Part shown: piece by piece, positions 17,571 through 26,023 of the stretch
Numbering within the stretch: the first letter of the stretch is position 1
Layout: every line of letters begins with the position of its first letter
Assembly (NCBI GenBank): GCA_016792845.1
Contig: JAEUKH010000018.1
Span: forward strand, 10,984 to 74,983
Source of the DNA: Myxococcales bacterium
GTDB lineage: Bacteria; Myxococcota_A; Polyangia; Polyangiales; Ga0077539
Length of the DNA: 64,000 bases
Reading direction: 5' to 3'
The notes under the pieces: model-generated
Told to the model about the DNA's origin: nothing
What the model saw: the letters and a program-made list of their open reading frames with translations, nothing else
Databases searched by the model: none
Position numbers and translations under genes: made by a program

Positions 17571-19175
17571 ATGAAGTCGATTCGTCGGACGTTCGGAGCT
17601 GCCATCGTCGCAGCCGCCATGCTTGTGGGCGCTGCCCCGGTTTACGCCCAGGTGCCCCAGACCCTCGTGCACCAGGGCCGCCTTCTCGACCGCAACGGCG
17701 CTGCCGTGAGCGGCACCCAGACCCTCACCTACCGCATCTACGACGCCGCCACAGGCGGCTCGCCGGTTTGGTCAGAGACACACACCGTGACCTTCGATGA
17801 AGGGTACTTCTCGGTGCAACTCGGCTCGGTGACCATGATCCCGTCGACGGTGTTCAACGGCTCGACCCGCTACCTCGGGGTCACCGTGGGCAGCGACGCC
17901 GAGATGGCGCCCCGCGAAGTGGTGTCCAGCGTGCCCTACGCCCTCTTGGCGGGCAACGTGGTGGGCGACATCAGCCCCCGCAGCGTCACCGTGGGCGGCC
18001 GCCAGATCATCGACCCCTCGGGCAACTGGGTGGGCGGCTCATCGGGCATCGCGGGCCCCGCCGGTCCGCAGGGGCCTGCCGGGCCTGCCGGCGCTCAGGG
18101 GCCTGCCGGGCCTGCCGGACCGCAAGGCGCCGCGGGGCCTGCCGGCGCGACGGGGCCTGCCGGGCCTGCCGGGCCGCAAGGGCCTGCCGGCACCGGGGGC
18201 GGGGGCAGCGCGCTGAACGGCGGCTGCGTCCAGGGTGTGCGCATCCACGACGTGTGCGTGACCCACTTCGACAACTCGAACCCCGGCACCGACTGGAACA
18301 CCGCCGCCTCGACCTGCGCCGGTCTGCGGAGCGACCTCTGCTCGGCCACGCAGTACAACCGCTTGCGCTACACCAGCGCTTATGACGGCGAAGACTTGTT
18401 CTACAACGACCAGGTCGGTCGACGCGCGGTCTGGTCGCGTCACTTCTCTGACAACGATGCCGGTCGCATTTCGTTTACGTTGCAGAGTTCTGACGATCCC
18501 TCCATCAGCCAGACCTACGGCTTCGCCTGCTGCTCTGCGGCGGCCCCAGCCGATGTCGTCGCGGCCTCGACGCTGGTGCCCGCCCAAGGGTCAACCGACC
18601 GCGGTGTTCGCATCACCTACATCCGCAACGTCGAGTCGGTCACCAGCATGATGGCGGCCAACATCTGCGCGGGTCTCCACAGCGACCTGTGCTCGACGGC
18701 GCAGTACGTCACCCTCAACGACGCGGGCCGCTTCTCGGGCAGCACCCGTCGCCTCACCAACCACTACTCTGACAACGACGGCACGCTGTTCAACCCCATC
18801 CTCGGTTCGAACACGGCCGACAACCCTCAGTGGAACAACGCCTGGTCGTTCGCTTGCTGCGTCTCGCAGCGCCCGGCTGACCTCTCGTGCCCCTCGCCCG
18901 GCACCTCGGTCAACAACGTGTGTGTGATGGCCTTCAACGAGGTCGAGAACGCCACCTTCTTCGACGCCGCCCGCGCCTGCGCCCGGCTCGGGGCCGACGT
19001 CTGCTCGAACAGCCAGATGCAGAGCATCCGCAACGGCGGCCGCTTCGCCGGGGTGCGCGCATGGACGAACAACGGCGCCGACAACGACTCGAACCGCGTC
19101 GGCGGCTTGCTCACCAGCATGCCCGACAACCCCAACCCCACCTCAGACCGCTTCGGCTACGCCTGCTGCCTCTGA
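17571..19175 (+). CDS. secreted collagen-like triple-helix repeat protein with N-terminal beta-rich domain and three C-terminal Cys-rich modules
   Basis: RBS agaggag 8 nt upstream of ATG 17571. Signal peptide MKSIRRTFGAAIVAAAMLVGAAPVYA. About 30 Gly-X-Y triplets (GPAGPQGPAGPAGAQG...). Three modules of about 100 aa each contain CAGLxSDLCS...DND... and end F/Y-(G/A)-(F/Y)-ACC. Confidence 0.7.
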   Translation: MKSIRRTFGAAIVAAAMLVGAAPVYAQVPQTLVHQGRLLDRNGAAVSGTQTLTYRIYDAATGGSPVWSETHTVTFDEGYFSVQLGSVTMIPSTVFNGSTRYLGVTVGSDAEMAPREVVSSVPYALLAGNVVGDISPRSVTVGGRQIIDPSGNWVGGSSGIAGPAGPQGPAGPAGAQGPAGPAGPQGAAGPAGATGPAGPAGPQGPAGTGGGGSALNGGCVQGVRIHDVCVTHFDNSNPGTDWNTAASTCAGLRSDLCSATQYNRLRYTSAYDGEDLFYNDQVGRRAVWSRHFSDNDAGRISFTLQSSDDPSISQTYGFACCSAAAPADVVAASTLVPAQGSTDRGVRITYIRNVESVTSMMAANICAGLHSDLCSTAQYVTLNDAGRFSGSTRRLTNHYSDNDGTLFNPILGSNTADNPQWNNAWSFACCVSQRPADLSCPSPGTSVNNVCVMAFNEVENATFFDAARACARLGADVCSNSQMQSIRNGGRFAGVRAWTNNGADNDSNRVGGLLTSMPDNPNPTSDRFGYACCL

Positions 19176-19187
19176 GCTTCGCCTCCC

Positions 19188-19217
19188 GCGGGCCTCTCGT
19201 CATCTGAGAGGCCCGCC
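19188..19217. terminator. bidirectional stem-loop between convergent genes (11-bp perfect stem GCGGGCCTCTC / GAGAGGCCCGC, 8-nt loop)
   Basis: The perfect inverted repeat sits 13 nt after the stop of the collagen-like gene (+) and 24 nt before the stop of the PBP gene (-). It is followed by a C/T-rich tract. Confidence 0.5.
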
Positions 19218-19240
19218 GCCTCGCTCGCCCCTTTCTCGCG

Positions 19241-21802
19241 TCACTGCATCGGTAGAACCAGGCCCGGCGCTTCGGCCGCCGCGGTGCTCGGGGGGCCGCT
19301 GTCGTCGTCCTCGCTCCCGGCGTCGGCTTGGGGCGCCGTCGGGTTCTCGACCTCCGCGCCCGCGTCAATCGCCTCGCTCGGAGCCACCGCCGGAAGCACC
19401 GCCTGCCCCGCGTCGACCTCGATGGGTCGCTGCGGCTCGGTGCCCGCGAGAAAGTACTCCTCGATCGGTCGCGCCTGCTCGACCCCCGTCGCCATGGCGG
19501 CGCCCACCGAAGGCAAGCCGCCGGTCAGCGGGTCGATCATCGCCGTCACGACACCCGCGGGCCGCGCGAACTCCAACGCCGGAGCGCGGCTCACCCGCAC
19601 ATACTCGCGCATGAACTGCGTCCAGACGGGCACCGCGGCGCGCGCGCCCTCTTCGCCTGCGCCGAGAGGTTGTCGGTCGTCGAAGCCCACCCAGACGCCC
19701 GCCACGAGGTCAGGGGTGTATCCCACAAACCAGGCGTCTCGCGCCCGATCGGTGGTGCCGGTCTTGCCCGCAGCCGGACGCCCGAGCGCGCGGGCCGCAC
19801 GGGCGGTGCCCTCGTCGATCACCGAGCTGAGCAGGCTCGTCACCAGCCACGCCTCGGCCGCCCCCATCGCTTGCTGCGGCGCCGCCCGGGCCGGCAACGC
19901 GAGCTCGCGCCCCGAAGGATCGACCACCCGAGTGATCACCCTCCAATCTTGGTACTGACCGCCCGCGGCCCAGGTCGCATACGCGTTCGTCAGCTCGATC
20001 GGCGTCACCGACCCTGACCCGAGCGAGAGCGACAAATCAGCCGGGAGCGGCGAGCTCACCCCCAAGGCCCGCGCATGCCCGATCACGGGCTCTGGGCCGA
20101 GCGCGTCGAGCAGGCGCGCCGCGACCATGTTGCGCGACGCGGCCAAGGCCGGGCGCAATCGCATCGGCGCTTCAATCACGCCCGGGCGAGCGTGCGCCTC
20201 GGCCGGGCACCAGGCGTTACGGCCCGAACCAAAGCACCCAGGGTTCGGGTCAAGGGTCGAGGCCAGGGTGTACCGCCGTGCGCTCAGGGCGTACGAGTAC
20301 AGAAAGGGCTTAAAGGCGCTCCCAGGCTGCCGCGAGGCGCGGGTCGCGCGGTTGAACATCCCCGGAAGGGCGTCGTATCCGCCGACCATCGCGCGCAACT
20401 CGCGGGTGTGCGGGTCGATCACCACCATCGCCCCTTGGGGGCCGAGCTCAAGCCTGAAGGCGCCCGTCTCGTTGGCGTTGAGGGTGCGATCGGGCGAGAC
20501 GCGCACCACCGCACCGGGGGGCGCAAACTGCGTCGGGCTCAGCGAAGACGCGTAGCGAAGGGCGGCGTCATTCCACGGCACGCGGCCCGTGACGGTGCCG
20601 ATGCGCACGGTCAGAGCGCCGGGGTGTCTTGAATCTCCGTCTTCAGCAGATTCGACCACGGCTGTATAGATATGCCCAGAGACGACGCGACCGTCTCGCC
20701 CTGGGCGTTCTGCCCTGAGCACGTTGCCGGCCCCGCTCGGCCGTCGCTGGCCCGGCAGCACCAAGGGGCCGCGGTATCCGTGCCGCTGGTCGAGGCTCCG
20801 AAGCCCCCGTTCGAGCGCCTCACGGGCTGCCCGCTGCAGCTGCGGGTCGAGGGTGGTGTACACCGTGTATCCGCCGCGCCGAAGGGCGTCATCGCCGCCC
20901 ACTGCGGTGAGGGCCCGTCGCGCGAGTTCGACCACCTCGGGCGCGTACCCTTCGCTGTCTTCGGGCGCCGACGCGAGGCGCACGGGCTCGTTCGCCGCCC
21001 GCTCGGCCTCGCTCTGCGAGATGAAACCTTTGGCCACCATTTCGCCCAAGATCCAGCGGCGACGGCGCAGCGCGGCCTGGAGATCGTTGCGCGGCGAGTA
21101 GTGCACCGGGCTCTTCGGGATGCCCGCGAGCAGCACCGATTCGCCCAGGGTGAGCTCCGAGACGTGGCGCCCGAAGTAGTACCGCGCCGCCTCTTCGACC
21201 CCATTTCGGCCGTGCCCGAAGGCGATGTGATTCACATACAGATAGAGAATTTCGTTCTTGCTGAGGTCGCGCTCGATGCGGCGCGCGAGGAGCACCTCAC
21301 GCACCTTGCGCGCGAGCGTGCGCTCGCCGCCGAGGAGCACGTTCTTGACCACCTGCTGGGTGATCGTGCTGGCCCCTTGGGCCACCGTGCCGCGACGAAT
21401 GTTGACCACCAGCGCGCGCACCATGCCCGGCCAATCGAGGCCGCGGTGACGGTAGAAATCAGCATCTTCGGCCGCGAGGAGCGCCATCACAAGGTGCCGC
21501 GGCAGCCGCTCAAGCGGCACCACCGTGCGACGCTCCAGGAACAGCTCGGCCAGCACCGAGTTGTCGCGGGCCAGGATCCGCGTCGTCTGCGGCGGTCGCC
21601 ACGCGTTGCGCAGACCATGAACGTCGGGCAGATCGCGGCCATAGTAGGCGAAGAGGCCGACCACCACGAGCACGCCGGTGAGCCCCGCGCCGAGGCCGAG
21701 CGCCCCGACGAGCCCCCAGAGCCGTTTGCGCGAGCTGCGAGTGCGACGAAGACCCTGGTTCGAGGCAGACCCGCCGGGGTCGCGGGAGAGAGACGCTGAC
21801 AT
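19241..21802 (-). CDS. class A penicillin-binding protein (PBP1A-type bifunctional transglycosylase/transpeptidase)
   Basis: 853-aa ORF with an N-terminal TM anchor. GT51 motifs (EDADFYRHRGLD, ...GASTITQQ) and a transpeptidase domain. The C-terminus is Asp/Ser-rich. Confidence 0.8.
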   Translation of the reverse strand: MSASLSRDPGGSASNQGLRRTRSSRKRLWGLVGALGLGAGLTGVLVVVGLFAYYGRDLPDVHGLRNAWRPPQTTRILARDNSVLAELFLERRTVVPLERLPRHLVMALLAAEDADFYRHRGLDWPGMVRALVVNIRRGTVAQGASTITQQVVKNVLLGGERTLARKVREVLLARRIERDLSKNEILYLYVNHIAFGHGRNGVEEAARYYFGRHVSELTLGESVLLAGIPKSPVHYSPRNDLQAALRRRRWILGEMVAKGFISQSEAERAANEPVRLASAPEDSEGYAPEVVELARRALTAVGGDDALRRGGYTVYTTLDPQLQRAAREALERGLRSLDQRHGYRGPLVLPGQRRPSGAGNVLRAERPGRDGRVVSGHIYTAVVESAEDGDSRHPGALTVRIGTVTGRVPWNDAALRYASSLSPTQFAPPGAVVRVSPDRTLNANETGAFRLELGPQGAMVVIDPHTRELRAMVGGYDALPGMFNRATRASRQPGSAFKPFLYSYALSARRYTLASTLDPNPGCFGSGRNAWCPAEAHARPGVIEAPMRLRPALAASRNMVAARLLDALGPEPVIGHARALGVSSPLPADLSLSLGSGSVTPIELTNAYATWAAGGQYQDWRVITRVVDPSGRELALPARAAPQQAMGAAEAWLVTSLLSSVIDEGTARAARALGRPAAGKTGTTDRARDAWFVGYTPDLVAGVWVGFDDRQPLGAGEEGARAAVPVWTQFMREYVRVSRAPALEFARPAGVVTAMIDPLTGGLPSVGAAMATGVEQARPIEEYFLAGTEPQRPIEVDAGQAVLPAVAPSEAIDAGAEVENPTAPQADAGSEDDDSGPPSTAAAEAPGLVLPMQ

Positions 21803-21876
21803 CGTAGCGCGATGCTACCACCTCTCTCGCGATGGCCTCGGGGCATTGGCCCAAGGTCTGCTAGTGACGGCCTTTG

Positions 21877-23265
21877 ATGACTCACTCCATCGTGCGCAAC
21901 CGTAAGGCACGGGTCCTCGTGGTTGACGACGACCAAGACCTCGCGGCCTTCTTGGTCGACGTGCTGAACGCCTCAGGGCACGACGCGAGCGCGTGTCACG
22001 CCGCCACCAGCGCGATGGCCAGCATCGAAGAGACCACCCCCGACCTGGTCGTCACCGACGTCCACATGGAGGGCACCGACGGGATCGCCCTCATCGAGTG
22101 GGTGCGCGGCTTCGACCCCCGGGTGGCCATCATCGCCATCACGGCCTTTGGCAGCATCGAGACCGCCGTACGGGCCGTGCGCGCCGGGGCCTACGATTAC
22201 CTCACCAAACCCTTCGAACCGCAGGCCTTCCGTCTCGGCGTCGACCGCGCCCTAGAGACCACCGAGCTGCGCAGCGAGCTTCGGCGGCTCCGCGACGCGC
22301 TCGGCGAGCGCTTCGGCATCGCGGGCCTCGTCGGTCGTTCGAGGGCCCTGGCCGAGATCTCTGCGTTGGTCCAGCGCGTGGCCGACTCGAGCGCCACGGT
22401 GCTGGTCACGGGCCCCTCGGGCTCGGGCAAGGAGCTCATCGCGCGGGCCCTGCACACCGAGTCAAAGCGCCGAAACGCACGCTTCGTCGCGGTCAACTGT
22501 GCAGCCATCCCCGACACCCTGCTCGAGAGCGAGCTCTTCGGATACAAAAAGGGCGCCTTCACCGACGCCAAGGGCGACCGCACGGGGCTCTTCCAAGAGG
22601 CGCACCGCGGCACGCTGTTTCTCGACGAAATCGGCGACCTGCCGATGGCCCTTCAGGCCAAGATCTTGCGCGTCTTGCAAGAGCGCGAGGTGCGCCCCCT
22701 CGGGGCCGCGCGGGGCGAGGCCATCGACGTCAGGGTCGTCGCGGCGACCCACCATGATCTCCGCAAGGCCGTTCAAGAAGGGCGCTTTCGCGAAGATTTG
22801 TTCTACCGCCTCGCGGTCATCGAGGTGGGCGTGCCGGCCTTGCGCGACCGGCCCGAAGACGTCTTGCCGCTCGCAGAGCACTTTCTGAAACGCTTCACCG
22901 CACGGGCCAGCGCCAAGATCCGAGGCTTCTCGGGCGCCGCCGTCAAGCGCATGGAGAGCTACCACTGGCCCGGCAACGTGCGCGAGCTCGAGAACGCCGT
23001 CGAGCGCGCGGTGGCCCTCGCGCGCGAGGAGCTTGTCACCCCCGACGACCTCCCGCCGAGCCTCGCCTCGCCCGAGCCTGGCGATTTTCTCACCTTCGCC
23101 GCCGAGCGCGAGATGACCCTCGATGAGCTCACCATGGCCTACCTGCGCCGCGTGCTCGAGCGCACCGGCAACAACAAGAAGCGAACCGCGCGCATCCTGG
23201 GCGTCGACCGGCGCACCGTCCAGCGCTGGCTCGGCGAGCGACCTGACGCCGACGACGACACCTGA
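21877..23265 (+). CDS. sigma-54-dependent response regulator (NtrC/Fis family: receiver + AAA+ + HTH)
   Basis: ATG 21877 (MTHSIVRNRKARVLVVDDD...). Receiver Asp in DLVVTDVHMEG. AAA+ motifs GPSGSGKE and GAFTDA (GAFTGA variant). C-terminal Fis-type HTH (KKRTARILGVDRRTVQR). Confidence 0.8.
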   Translation: MTHSIVRNRKARVLVVDDDQDLAAFLVDVLNASGHDASACHAATSAMASIEETTPDLVVTDVHMEGTDGIALIEWVRGFDPRVAIIAITAFGSIETAVRAVRAGAYDYLTKPFEPQAFRLGVDRALETTELRSELRRLRDALGERFGIAGLVGRSRALAEISALVQRVADSSATVLVTGPSGSGKELIARALHTESKRRNARFVAVNCAAIPDTLLESELFGYKKGAFTDAKGDRTGLFQEAHRGTLFLDEIGDLPMALQAKILRVLQEREVRPLGAARGEAIDVRVVAATHHDLRKAVQEGRFREDLFYRLAVIEVGVPALRDRPEDVLPLAEHFLKRFTARASAKIRGFSGAAVKRMESYHWPGNVRELENAVERAVALAREELVTPDDLPPSLASPEPGDFLTFAAEREMTLDELTMAYLRRVLERTGNNKKRTARILGVDRRTVQRWLGERPDADDDT

Positions 23266-23372
23266 AACGCCGAAACGGCAACGCGCCACACCGTGCGGTA
23301 GAATGTCACACGCTCTCAACCGCAGCGCGTCAACGCGCGCCGCGTAGGGCCGGGTAAAGGCCTCGGGCGGGC

Positions 23373-23389
23373 TGGTCAGGGGGTTGCAT
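23373..23389 (+). promoter_or_regulatory. candidate sigma-54 (-24/-12) promoter TGGTCAGGGGGTTGCAT upstream of the RND efflux operon
   Basis: GG at 23374-75 and GC at 23386-87 have the canonical 12-nt register and are followed by A. Consensus is TGGCACG-N4-TTGCW. It lies about 110 nt upstream of ATG 23497 and immediately downstream of a sigma-54 EBP gene. Confidence 0.45.
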
Positions 23390-23496
23390 AGGGTGGGCGA
23401 CCGAGGCGACTTGCCGCTCAGTTTCGTGCTTGTGCGGTGTTTGGGCCGCTCTAGCAATTCTGTAGAAGCTCAGTAGATAGGGGCAGCGATGCTCTG

Positions 23497-24792
23497 ATGC
23501 GAGACAGCTTGCGACATACGGGTCTGACCCCAGAGAGTTCTGTACGGCGAGGCCGAGCGATTTTCGCCTTGGCGTTGTGTTTCTTCACCGCCCGGGTCGA
23601 GGCCCAGACGCCCGAGGCGAACCTGTGGGATGAGGCGCGCGTCATCGCCCGGGCGCGGCGCGCGTCGCCGACGGTGCGGAGCGCAGAGTCGGCCTTGCGG
23701 GTGGCGCAGGCGGGGCGCGCTTTTGGTGAGGTGCCGGTGATCGGCAACCCGACCGTGGGCGTGACGATGCTGCCGGGGTGGCCCGAGTTTGGGGCGTACA
23801 CGATGGCGGCCTCGGTGGGCATTCCGATCGAGGTGGGGGGGCGCCGGGCCCGGTATCGCAGCGAGGCCGAGATCGACATTCGGGCGGCCGAGGCGCGGGT
23901 CGACGCCGCCGTGGTGGCAGGCGTGGCCGAGGCCCGAATGGCCTACGTCGAGCTCGTCACCATTCACGAAGAGGTGAGCATTCAGCAGGCCCGTTTGACC
24001 GCCGCGCGCACCATCGACGAGCGGGTCCACGCCCGCGTCGACGCGGGGGCCGCCACCGCCGTCGAGCGCGCGCTCACGTCACGCGAACGCGCCGAGGCCG
24101 AGGCCGATCTCGCCGAAGCGCAACGTCGGCGGGTCGAGGCCGAGTCGCAGCTCCGGCGCCACCTCGACCTCGGCGCCAACGACGCCCTCGCGGTGGCTCC
24201 GTTGACCCATCCGTCGAGGGTCGAGGCCGGCGAGCAGAGCCAGGCCGCGCCGCGCGCGCAGCGTCAACGCCGCGATGTCGCAGCACTCGAACAGAGCGCG
24301 GCCCGCTTCGACGCCAGCGCGAGCCGTTGGCAGGCGGCCAGCGTCGCGCCGCTCATCGTGGGCCTCGAAGGGCAGCAGGTCGCAGTGAGCGACAACGCCC
24401 GCGCGTCGAGCCTGGGCGCATCGCTTCGATGGGAGCTCCCCTTGGCGCAGCGCAACCAGGGCGAGCGCGCGCTGGCCAGCGCCGAGGCCTCGGGGCAGCG
24501 CGTCTTGGCGACGCTCTTGCGGCGGCAGATCGACCGAGAGGTGATGTCGAGCATCGCCGGGTTGCACGCCGCCCTCGATGAGCTTGAGGTGTTGCAGCGC
24601 GACGCGCTCCCCGCGGCCGAGCGCCTGGTGACCGCGACCGAGGCGTCGTTCTCGGCGGGCGCCCTCGATTTCTTTCGTGTCTTGACAGCCCAACGCGACC
24701 TCCTCTCGGTGCGCAGCCGCATCCTTGAGGCCACCCGTCGGGCGTGGCGTGCGCGTCTTGAGTACGAGCGCACCACAGGAGCGATGCCATGA
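23497..24792 (+). CDS. outer membrane efflux protein (TolC/CzcC-like OMF)
   Basis: 431-aa ORF with a signal peptide (ALALCFFTARVEAQ). Two-repeat coiled-coil/beta organisation typical of OMFs. ATGA overlap with the downstream MFP gene. Confidence 0.7.
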   Translation: MRDSLRHTGLTPESSVRRGRAIFALALCFFTARVEAQTPEANLWDEARVIARARRASPTVRSAESALRVAQAGRAFGEVPVIGNPTVGVTMLPGWPEFGAYTMAASVGIPIEVGGRRARYRSEAEIDIRAAEARVDAAVVAGVAEARMAYVELVTIHEEVSIQQARLTAARTIDERVHARVDAGAATAVERALTSRERAEAEADLAEAQRRRVEAESQLRRHLDLGANDALAVAPLTHPSRVEAGEQSQAAPRAQRQRRDVAALEQSAARFDASASRWQAASVAPLIVGLEGQQVAVSDNARASSLGASLRWELPLAQRNQGERALASAEASGQRVLATLLRRQIDREVMSSIAGLHAALDELEVLQRDALPAAERLVTATEASFSAGALDFFRVLTAQRDLLSVRSRILEATRRAWRARLEYERTTGAMP

Positions 24793-25967
24793 TCCGCAAC
24801 TATTGGAAGATTCTTGTCATCGCCCTCGGGGCCTCGCTCGTCGTAGGCACCGTGGTGGTGGTCTCGGGGCGGAGCGGCGAGGCGCAGGTGCCGGCCCCCG
24901 CGCAGGTCGGCCCCGAGGTGCGCGGGCCTCGCACGGTGCGCCTCGACGCCGCGACCCTAGAGCGGCTCCGGGTTCGGGTCAGCGAAGCCGGGTCGGCCTC
25001 TGAGGCCCTCGCGCTCGAGCTCCAGGGCACCCTCGACTGGGATCGTGACCACTACGCCGAGGTGGGCGCGCGGCTCGACGGCCGCGTCACCCGGCTCAAC
25101 GCGCGCATCGGCGACCGAGTGAATCAAGGCGCGAACCTCGGTCAGGTCGCGGCCCCGCAGCTCGGCACGGCCCTGGCAGACTTCGTGAGCGCCCGGGCCA
25201 CGCTCGTGGCGGCCCAGTCGAACGCGCGGCGTCAGTCGTCGCTCCTCTCGCAGCAGCTCACCACGGCGCGCGAGGCCGAGGTCGCCCAAGAGCACCTTCA
25301 CCAGGCCGAAGCGGGGGTCGCCTCTGCGCGACAGCGGCTCGGTGCGCTCGGCCTCTCGACGCCGCAGAACACCACCAGCATCGCCAACGACGTGCATTTT
25401 ACGCTGGTGTCGCCGATCCGCGGCACGGTGGTGGCGCGGCGCGCGGTGCTCGGCGGCTTCCTCTCGGCCAGCGACGCGGCCTTCGTGATCGCCGACACGC
25501 AGCAGCTCTGGGCCATGATCGACGTCTTCGAGAGCGATCTGCGTTACGTCAACGTTGGCGCCGAGGTGAGCTTCAGCGTCGACGCCTACCCCGACCGCAC
25601 GTTCACCGGGCGCGTCGAGTACATCGAGCCCCAACAAGACGAAGCGAGCCGCGCGACCCGGGTGCGGGTGGTGGTGCCGAACCCCGACGGGCTCCTGAGG
25701 CACGGGCAGTTTGTGCGGGCGCGGCTGCAGGTTCCGGGGGCGGCCGCCAACGCGCGCACGGTGCGGGTGCCGGTCGAGGCGATTCAGCCCGTGGGCGACG
25801 GCGAGGTGGTCTTCGTCGAGCGGGCCCAAGGGCAGTTCGAGGTGCGCACGGTTCGGGTGGCGCGCCGCGGGCCGCAGGTGGCCGAGCTCGCAGAGGGGCT
25901 CCAGCGCGGCGAGCGCATCGTCACCGAGGGGGCCTTCCTCCTCCGGGGCGAGCTCTTGAAGCAGTGA
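24789..25967 (+). CDS. efflux RND periplasmic adaptor (membrane fusion protein, CzcB/CusB-like)
   Basis: 392-aa ORF with a single N-terminal TM segment. Lipoyl/beta-barrel MFP pattern (…VSPIRGTVVARRAVLGGFL…, …RVEYIEPQQDEASRATRVRVVV…). Confidence 0.75.
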   Translation: MIRNYWKILVIALGASLVVGTVVVVSGRSGEAQVPAPAQVGPEVRGPRTVRLDAATLERLRVRVSEAGSASEALALELQGTLDWDRDHYAEVGARLDGRVTRLNARIGDRVNQGANLGQVAAPQLGTALADFVSARATLVAAQSNARRQSSLLSQQLTTAREAEVAQEHLHQAEAGVASARQRLGALGLSTPQNTTSIANDVHFTLVSPIRGTVVARRAVLGGFLSASDAAFVIADTQQLWAMIDVFESDLRYVNVGAEVSFSVDAYPDRTFTGRVEYIEPQQDEASRATRVRVVVPNPDGLLRHGQFVRARLQVPGAAANARTVRVPVEAIQPVGDGEVVFVERAQGQFEVRTVRVARRGPQVAELAEGLQRGERIVTEGAFLLRGELLKQ

Positions 25968-26023
25968 GCCGGGTCGCGTCAGCGTCACGCTTTCAACATC
26001 ACAAGTACGTACTGAGGTGACCT

